DNA from: an uncultured bacterium
GTDB lineage: Bacteria; Hinthialibacterota; Hinthialibacteria; Hinthialibacterales; Hinthialibacteraceae
NCBI GenBank assembly: GCA_964643335.1
Contig: CAZXSQ010000191.1
Span: 1-11,963 of the forward strand
Direction: 5' to 3'
Length of the DNA stretch: 11,963 bases
Shown piece by piece: positions 6,791 to 11,963 of this stretch. A program made the translations under genes and the position numbers. Each line of letters opens with the position of its first letter. The stretch's first letter is position 1. The notes under the pieces were generated by a model, which did not search any database, was not told the origin of the DNA, and saw nothing but the letters and a program-made list of their open reading frames with translations.

Positions 6791-7718
6791 CGGGGATGGC
6801 TTTTATGATTCCCAAGCGGGATATATTCCCTTTTTTGCTTCGTTTTTCTTCCTCAGTTGTATAGATCACTTTGGCAATAATTCGATCATTGGCGTTCAAC
6901 GTGTTTTTATTAAACACCTCTTTGTTTACCCCCTTTCGCTTGAACCAAAGAAAACCATCGTAACTGTGATAGCGGAAAGTAAAGCTGTTGCCGGTGTAAG
7001 AGATATTGGAGAGTTCAACCTCAATTAATTCTCCTGGTATAACCCGTGGTTCCAAATAAATGATTTTTTCATGCCTTTTGTTATCGGTCAGCATCAAGCC
7101 AGGGATGTTGGTGATCTTTAAATTCAATTGATCACCGATATTGACATCGGAAATCTGCTTGATAAAACAACGATATCGCTGACCCAATGCATCCGTCAAG
7201 TTAAATCCGGGATTCCCTTCCAGTATCCGCTGATTATTCGTTTTTGAACGCCGCTGATCCACAACGAAGGCCACTTTGGGATTTATAAACGTGTTGATAT
7301 TTACTTCATCCGGTTCGATATAATCTGAATTGTTGGTTGCGAGAATGTCCACGATTTCTTCACAAATACTATGATTGGAACATTCTTCCGGCTTATGGTC
7401 ATGGTGCAAAAGAATCTCATGAGCCATATCATGCACAATCTTCGTCACGCCAAAACTCCACGCATTCCGCAAACGGTCTACCCATTGCTGTTCTTTTTCT
7501 TCGGACCAATCATCTTCGCAGTGAACACGCTCATTTAAATAAGAAAAATGCTCGGGCTTGAGCAATTCATAATATTTGGTCTTCCGCACTTCAAATGTTT
7601 GTTTGGCCAGTTTGAAACACCCTAATTCAAGCTGTTCCAATATCCGCTCGACGTAATAAAGTGAAACCTGATCATCGTCTTTGGTAGTTTGATAACTTTG
7701 TAGTATCCTGCTTGTCAC
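6720..7718 (-). CDS. Protein of 332 aa with an N-terminal SprT-like zinc-metallopeptidase-type domain whose motif is variant (…VTKIVHDMAHEILLHHDH…: HDxxH-x4-HH rather than HExxH-x5-H), followed by an uncharacterised beta-rich C-terminal domain of about 170 aa.
   Basis: The ORF has a GTG start and a Shine-Dalgarno sequence (AAGAGGTG, 7-nt spacer). Its N-terminal segment (ILEQLELGCFKLAKQTF…YYELL…NERV) and the His cluster resemble the E. coli SprT HELAHLLVWKHFG block. The function is inferred by eye only. Confidence 0.55.
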   Translation of the reverse strand: MTSRILQSYQTTKDDDQVSLYYVERILEQLELGCFKLAKQTFEVRKTKYYELLKPEHFSYLNERVHCEDDWSEEKEQQWVDRLRNAWSFGVTKIVHDMAHEILLHHDHKPEECSNHSICEEIVDILATNNSDYIEPDEVNINTFINPKVAFVVDQRRSKTNNQRILEGNPGFNLTDALGQRYRCFIKQISDVNIGDQLNLKITNIPGLMLTDNKRHEKIIYLEPRVIPGELIEVELSNISYTGNSFTFRYHSYDGFLWFKRKGVNKEVFNKNTLNANDRIIAKVIYTTEEEKRSKKGNISRLGIIKAIPVKRAGMESNQALNQDTGVARVLN

Positions 7719-7952
7719 AACTGAACACCTCTTAAAGATTTGTTCAACAAAGAGTGTAACAACAAGGTTCTTTTCGTATATAATTTACTTGTAAAAACTT
7801 GTACAAAGAAATATTTTGATTTTTTTTGATCCGTGTGAACTAACCCTTTTGTCAATTGGAAAACTTGATATTCTTTAACTGAAATTTCCATCTTATAAAA
7901 TTTATATATATTCGCTTAAGTATAAGTATGTTTTAAAGCCGGATGTGAAGAT
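7719..7952. promoter_or_regulatory. AT-rich divergent intergenic region, presumed to hold the promoters for the minus-strand SprT-like gene and the plus-strand micro-ORF / GT-C gene. Candidate elements are TATATAAT at about 7786-7793, TTGTCA at 7849-7854, and TTGATA…TATAAA at about 7866-7900.
   Basis: The calls rest on sequence composition and approximate sigma-A-like hexamers. The spacing is not canonical for any single pair, so no promoter is assigned precisely. Confidence 0.3.
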
Positions 7953-8120
7953 ATGAAAAAGGAATTGTGTTCAGCCATCAGTATAGCCAAACATAGAAAA
8001 TCATGTCCCTTCTGTGGCCGAAAGTGCCATCCGGCGCCTCAATTCATTTCTCAACCAATTCCCTCTGATCCTCTTTCTCGCGGGATGCACATACGTGAAG
8101 ATAAGGAGAATTCTGAATGA
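7953..8120 (+). CDS. Possible 55-codon Cys-rich micro-protein (MKKELCSAISIAKHRKSCPFCGRKCHPAPQFISQPIPSDPLSRGMHIREDKENSE). Its stop codon overlaps the start of the downstream GT-C gene (ATGA).
   Basis: The ORF is not in the supplied track, being below the size cut-off, but is open in frame 3. It contains a C-x11-CxxC-x3-CH cluster. It has a weak Shine-Dalgarno sequence. The stop overlap of 4 nt is typical of translational coupling. It could alternatively be a non-coding leader. Confidence 0.25.
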   Translation: MKKELCSAISIAKHRKSCPFCGRKCHPAPQFISQPIPSDPLSRGMHIREDKENSE

Positions 8121-11100
8121 AAAATCGTTCTAAACGTGGAGAGCCGCGCCTAACCAAGGCGCTTTCCGACTCTTCCCGTTATTGGCCGATCATTTCAATT
8201 GTGATTTTGGCTGTATGCATTCGATTATATGGTGTCACAAATCCGCTTTATGATTTGAATTACTGGCGCCAAACTGAAACGGCGGCTTTGGCCAGGAATT
8301 ATCATGAAGACAATCTCCCATTTCTTTATCCGGAAGTGGACTGGATTGGCCCTCACGGCCATGCCGAAATGGAATTTCCTCTTTATCCTTATATTCTGTC
8401 ATGGATTTACAGAATTTTATGGCCATCCGAAATATTCGGGCGATTACTCACTATACTCTGTTCTGCCGGTGCGATACTGGCCATTTGGGATATTGTGAGG
8501 CAAACGATCAACCGGCGCATTGCGCTATTAGCCGCCGCGTTTTTTGCCGCATCCCCCCTAGCGGTTTATTTCGGCCGGACGTATCAGCCCGATATGATGA
8601 TGGTTTTCTTTTCCACGGCATCGATCAGCTGCCTTCTACGCTGGATGGGAGAATCAAAAAATGTCTGGTTTTATTGCTCAGCGATTTTATTGGCTTTGGG
8701 CGTTTTGTTGAAACCTCCCTGCCTGCTTGTTGTATTACCTTTGTCTTGGATTTTGTATAAACAAGAAGGTCAAACATTTATCTTAAACAAAGAGAACTGG
8801 ATATATGCCTCGATAGTCATCGTGCCGGCCATTTTATGGTATGCCCATGCGCAAACTTTTTTTGAAGAAACAGGGGCGACCTTTATGTGGCACTTTAAAA
8901 ACTTTTCTGTGGAACGTCACCTTTTTTCTGTCTGGAGTTCTTTTGAATTCTGGACCACCATTGGTATGCGTTTCACTGATGGCATTCTTGCGTATGTGGG
9001 TTTACTGCCCTTTATTATAGGGATTTGGCGGTTGTTTTATCCTTGGCCTGGCCGTGCCTTGCTGGGCTGGTGGGTAGCCGGAGTTGCTGTATTTTACCTG
9101 GCCATTCCCGGTCATCATATCGGGCATACCTATTACTCACTATTGGCGATCCCACCTGCAGCTATCATTACAGCCATCGGATGCGACAAACTTGGACATT
9201 GGTTGAACTCCTATTTGCATTTTTCCTACAATTGGATTGTGCTGCTCCCTCTTATCACTGCAATTTTAGGATTCAGTCTGCTTATTTCCCGCAACTATTA
9301 TGGCAAACTCTATTATTACTACGACGATGCTCTGGCCCTGAGACAGCTTGTTCCTGAAAATGAACTCATCGCCGTCAAAGACGACTTGATGCATACTCCG
9401 GAGTTTTTTTATTTCATCAACCGGAATGGATGGCATCTCGCCAATTATCCTGCAAAAGGAACGGATAACTCGCCATGGATAGAAAAAGTTAGGAAGAAAG
9501 GAGCGGCCTATTATTTTGGATTAACTGAATTTCAAGGCAACCATCCGCTTCTTTATCTTCAAGACTATTTACACGGTCAATATATATGGGATCATTATGT
9601 TATCCAGGACATTGGATTCAAATATTTTGCCGCCCGTTTGGACCAACCGATTTATGGCAATCATCTTTTTTCTCAATATAAAAATAAAAAAATAGCCATA
9701 CCGGATATGGCCAGAAACGCTCTTAACGATCCTTCAATTCAAACCGTTTCATTATATGAGTGGCAGTCAGCCGATGCGATATTGCTGGATTTTCACAAGG
9801 TTCATCCTGAAGAAATGAACTCTATTCGAACTAATTATGAAAATGCTGCTGCAAATGGTTTTGTGGTGACTCATCAGGAATCCGGAAGATTGGTTCTTGA
9901 AAAAAGTGGTCACATTAAGCCGGTCACCGGTTTGATCGATTCGGTGGGATCATCTCAACTTGTACTTACTCCGCAACTTCCAAATGGAAGATTTTATTTA
10001 GGCTATTTTGAAAAAGGGCGGCATCGAGTCAGTTTTCGTTTCAGCCAGACAAGTTTTCCCGATCCGGTAACCCTTGCGGTTGAAGACCGCTTTGGGAATA
10101 CGATTCAGCAGCGTGTTTTGCAACCGGTTCACTTTCCACATCTCAGCGAAGGTGAACGGCCAGAGTGTATATTTACCCTTGACCAGCCTTTGGTCTTGTA
10201 CGCAGCCGCTTATACGGAAAAAGGCTTAATCCGTCCGGAATCCATTGTCTGGATGCCTGACGTGCAGTGCGTACAAACAGAAACGGTTATTCAAACTGAG
10301 CAGCTTCACACAAACATGGCCATGACGGTTACTGATGCCAAAGCTAACCGCAACAAGGCCTTGTGGGGATGGACAGAGGATGAACCTCGGTTTATCTTCC
10401 ACGGTCCTTTTTTCCATTACCCTTCAGGATTATATGAGATGGCTTTTCGTCTCAGAGCACCGAACAAATGGAATCCCGGTACCATAGAAGTGGGTGTTTA
10501 TGCAGACGGCAATACCACATTGGCACATCAAGAACTATATCCTTATTACTCCGGTGAAAATTCTCTCGGTAGGAAATACTCCAAAATACCTTTATCAGCG
10601 AGAATCCGCTCCACGTCAACCATTGAAATGAGAGCACTGCTGCATCCGAACGCCGAAGCGTTGATCGATACGATTCATGTTCACCAGCAAGCGAAAACAT
10701 TCAAACCGCGTGATTTGAATAATCCCTTGTGTCTTATTCCACGTGATGGACAGACAAAAATGATTACGCCGGACGGTAGAATCATCGGCCAAGCAGGAAC
10801 AATTCAACGAAGAGTACGGCTGGTGTCTTCACCCATCGCTTGGGCGGCGTGGAACCAAAATACAGGGGAACTGTATATCGATGAAGCCGGACGTATTATC
10901 GGTGAGAAGAATGAGGAATACTGGTCAATTCAAAGAGCACTTGAAGAAAAAATTATCAATTTTAATGTATCGCCAGACGGTTTATCGATAGGAGTCCTTA
11001 CCGATAAAGGCCGTGTTTTTATTTGGCATCAGGGTGAGATTGAAACTTTCACTATCCCAGCAACCGACTTTCCATTCAGAGACCTGCTGGTATTGGGTAA

Positions 11101-11392
11101 AGGTAAAGCCCTCGTGTTGGATAGGAATGGGGGTGTTATCCCGGTCGGGGAGGCACAAAAAATCGAGGGACTGCCTGTATTTTGGTCGGATGTGGCCCGT
11201 GCGTTTATTCATCATCCGGACGGTATTTATGTTGTAGACTGTCTTGGCGCGATTCATTCGTCATCCGGCTTAGAACCAATCCACTCACCGCTTTACAGGC
11301 CGGAAAATTGGATTATTGACGCCTACCGGATGTCGAACGGCATTTGGGTATTTTTATCCAAAACCGGCGAGATTCATACTTTCCAAGAATAA
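8117..11392 (+). CDS. Polytopic GT-C-fold membrane glycosyltransferase of the ArnT / PMT (GT39/GT83-like, undecaprenyl- or dolichyl-phosphate-sugar dependent) type. It has about 11-12 transmembrane helices in the first 480 residues, fused to a C-terminal extracytoplasmic region of about 600 aa that ends in tandem beta-propeller-like repeats. Total length is 1091 aa.
   Basis: The transmembrane helices are seen directly. The first extracytoplasmic loop (NPLYDLNYWRQTETAALARNYHED…PHGHAEMEFPLYPY) resembles the ArnT/PMT loop-1 signature (DE.RYAEIAREM….YFEKPPL.YW). A strong Shine-Dalgarno sequence (AAGGAGA) is present. The C-terminal 250 residues show recurring units of about 40-45 aa (TPDGRIIGQAG / DEAGRIIGE / DKGRVFIWHQGE / DRNGGVIPVGEA / PDGIYVVDCLGAIH / SNGIWVFLSKTGEIH), reminiscent of RCC1-like beta-propeller blades. 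Confidence 0.8.
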   Translation: MKNRSKRGEPRLTKALSDSSRYWPIISIVILAVCIRLYGVTNPLYDLNYWRQTETAALARNYHEDNLPFLYPEVDWIGPHGHAEMEFPLYPYILSWIYRILWPSEIFGRLLTILCSAGAILAIWDIVRQTINRRIALLAAAFFAASPLAVYFGRTYQPDMMMVFFSTASISCLLRWMGESKNVWFYCSAILLALGVLLKPPCLLVVLPLSWILYKQEGQTFILNKENWIYASIVIVPAILWYAHAQTFFEETGATFMWHFKNFSVERHLFSVWSSFEFWTTIGMRFTDGILAYVGLLPFIIGIWRLFYPWPGRALLGWWVAGVAVFYLAIPGHHIGHTYYSLLAIPPAAIITAIGCDKLGHWLNSYLHFSYNWIVLLPLITAILGFSLLISRNYYGKLYYYYDDALALRQLVPENELIAVKDDLMHTPEFFYFINRNGWHLANYPAKGTDNSPWIEKVRKKGAAYYFGLTEFQGNHPLLYLQDYLHGQYIWDHYVIQDIGFKYFAARLDQPIYGNHLFSQYKNKKIAIPDMARNALNDPSIQTVSLYEWQSADAILLDFHKVHPEEMNSIRTNYENAAANGFVVTHQESGRLVLEKSGHIKPVTGLIDSVGSSQLVLTPQLPNGRFYLGYFEKGRHRVSFRFSQTSFPDPVTLAVEDRFGNTIQQRVLQPVHFPHLSEGERPECIFTLDQPLVLYAAAYTEKGLIRPESIVWMPDVQCVQTETVIQTEQLHTNMAMTVTDAKANRNKALWGWTEDEPRFIFHGPFFHYPSGLYEMAFRLRAPNKWNPGTIEVGVYADGNTTLAHQELYPYYSGENSLGRKYSKIPLSARIRSTSTIEMRALLHPNAEALIDTIHVHQQAKTFKPRDLNNPLCLIPRDGQTKMITPDGRIIGQAGTIQRRVRLVSSPIAWAAWNQNTGELYIDEAGRIIGEKNEEYWSIQRALEEKIINFNVSPDGLSIGVLTDKGRVFIWHQGEIETFTIPATDFPFRDLLVLGKGKALVLDRNGGVIPVGEAQKIEGLPVFWSDVARAFIHHPDGIYVVDCLGAIHSSSGLEPIHSPLYRPENWIIDAYRMSNGIWVFLSKTGEIHTFQE

Positions 11393-11397
11393 TCTGA

Positions 11398-11784
11398 TTA
11401 TTCCTGGACTAACGCGACTGCCTCAACCTCAACATCCACTCCTTGCGGCAAGGCTGCCGCTTGTATGCAGGCTCTGGCGGGTTTGCTATCACCAAAATAA
11501 TTTGAATAGATTTCATTGAACACGTTAAAATTAGCCAAATCCTTCAGGAAAATAGTCACTTTCACAACGTCATTCAATGTTGAATCCGCCGCTTCAACAA
11601 CACTTTTTACATTTTCAAGCGCCTGTCTGGCTTGTTTTTCAAAAGAGTCCATTTCCAGTTGACCGGTTGCAGGATTCAACGGAATCTGGCCGGATACAAA
11701 CAAAAAGCCATTTGCTACCACGCCGGGGGAATAGGGACCTACTGGTTTTGGGCCTTCGCTGGGTGCGATTAATTTTTTTGCCAT
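11398..11784 (-). CDS. ridA: RidA family reactive-intermediate (enamine/imine) deaminase (YjgF / TdcF / L-PSP), 128 aa.
   Basis: The translation …GPYSPGVVANGFLFVSGQIPLNPATGQLE…VKVTIFLKDLANFNVFNEIYSNYFG…ARACIQAAALPQGVDVEVEAVA matches remembered RidA sequences almost motif for motif. The Shine-Dalgarno sequence AGGAGA lies 6 nt before the ATG. The gene is convergent with the GT-C gene, with only 5 bp between the two stop codons. Confidence 0.92.
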   Translation of the reverse strand: MAKKLIAPSEGPKPVGPYSPGVVANGFLFVSGQIPLNPATGQLEMDSFEKQARQALENVKSVVEAADSTLNDVVKVTIFLKDLANFNVFNEIYSNYFGDSKPARACIQAAALPQGVDVEVEAVALVQE

Positions 11785-11821
11785 GGTTTATCTCCTGGTT
11801 ATTCATTATACCTTTAACAAT

Positions 11822-11838
11822 GCAGGCGAGACGCCTGC
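11822..11838. other. Perfect 7-bp hairpin (gcaggcg-aga-cgcctgc) upstream of ridA, next to a TATAAT-like -10 element (minus strand, 11805-11810). It may be an operator-like or stem-loop regulatory element.
   Basis: The inverted repeat is seen directly. It has no flanking U-tract in either orientation, so it is unlikely to be a terminator. Confidence 0.3.
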
Positions 11839-11963
11839 GTTACCCCTTACGCCTGTGCTGTCCTTTTATTTTATTGCTCTTTCTTGCCGAAACGAACGGA
11901 GTATGTGTCTAGTTCTTTGCCGGTTGGAGTGGTTAGCGGGCCATAAAACTCCGGCCGGCGGGC

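Noticed and set aside
11890-11963. GC-rich palindromic run (ccggccggcgggc) at the window edge. It could be a terminator or part of an RNA gene.
   Set aside because: It is truncated by the window boundary. No complete stem plus U-tract can be assembled from the visible sequence.
1-11963. CRISPR arrays, rRNA genes, and IS or transposase genes
   Set aside because: Scanning by eye found no regularly spaced direct repeats, no rRNA-like conserved blocks and no transposase or integrase ORFs. The only repeat structure is the composite palindrome at 4789-4951.

Overview
This window looks like a Firmicutes-type chromosomal stretch of about 43-46% GC with strong AAGGAGG-type ribosome-binding sites. It contains, in order: (i) an AT-rich gene for a secreted protein of unknown function; (ii) a two-gene family-1 encapsulin nanocompartment operon, with an encapsulated-ferritin (EncFtn) cargo that carries a C-terminal targeting peptide directly coupled to a T. 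maritima-like encapsulin shell gene, followed by a strong bidirectional rho-independent terminator; (iii) an orphan L-fucose-isomerase-family gene; (iv) a small unknown protein; (v) a roughly 165-nt multi-level composite palindrome with MITE-like inverted termini and flanking direct repeats; (vi) an asparagine synthetase B (glutamine-hydrolysing) gene that appears to be a pseudogene through an internal deletion plus frameshift; (vii) a minus-strand protein with a SprT-like zinc-peptidase domain in which the motif is HDxxH rather than HExxH; (viii) a 1091-aa polytopic GT-C (ArnT/PMT, GT39-like) membrane glycosyltransferase fused to a large C-terminal extracytoplasmic domain with beta-propeller-like repeats, preceded by an overlapping 55-codon Cys-rich micro-ORF; and (ix) a convergent RidA (YjgF/TdcF) gene. 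No rRNA, tRNA or CRISPR was found. All homology statements come from reading the translations against remembered family sequences, not from database searches.
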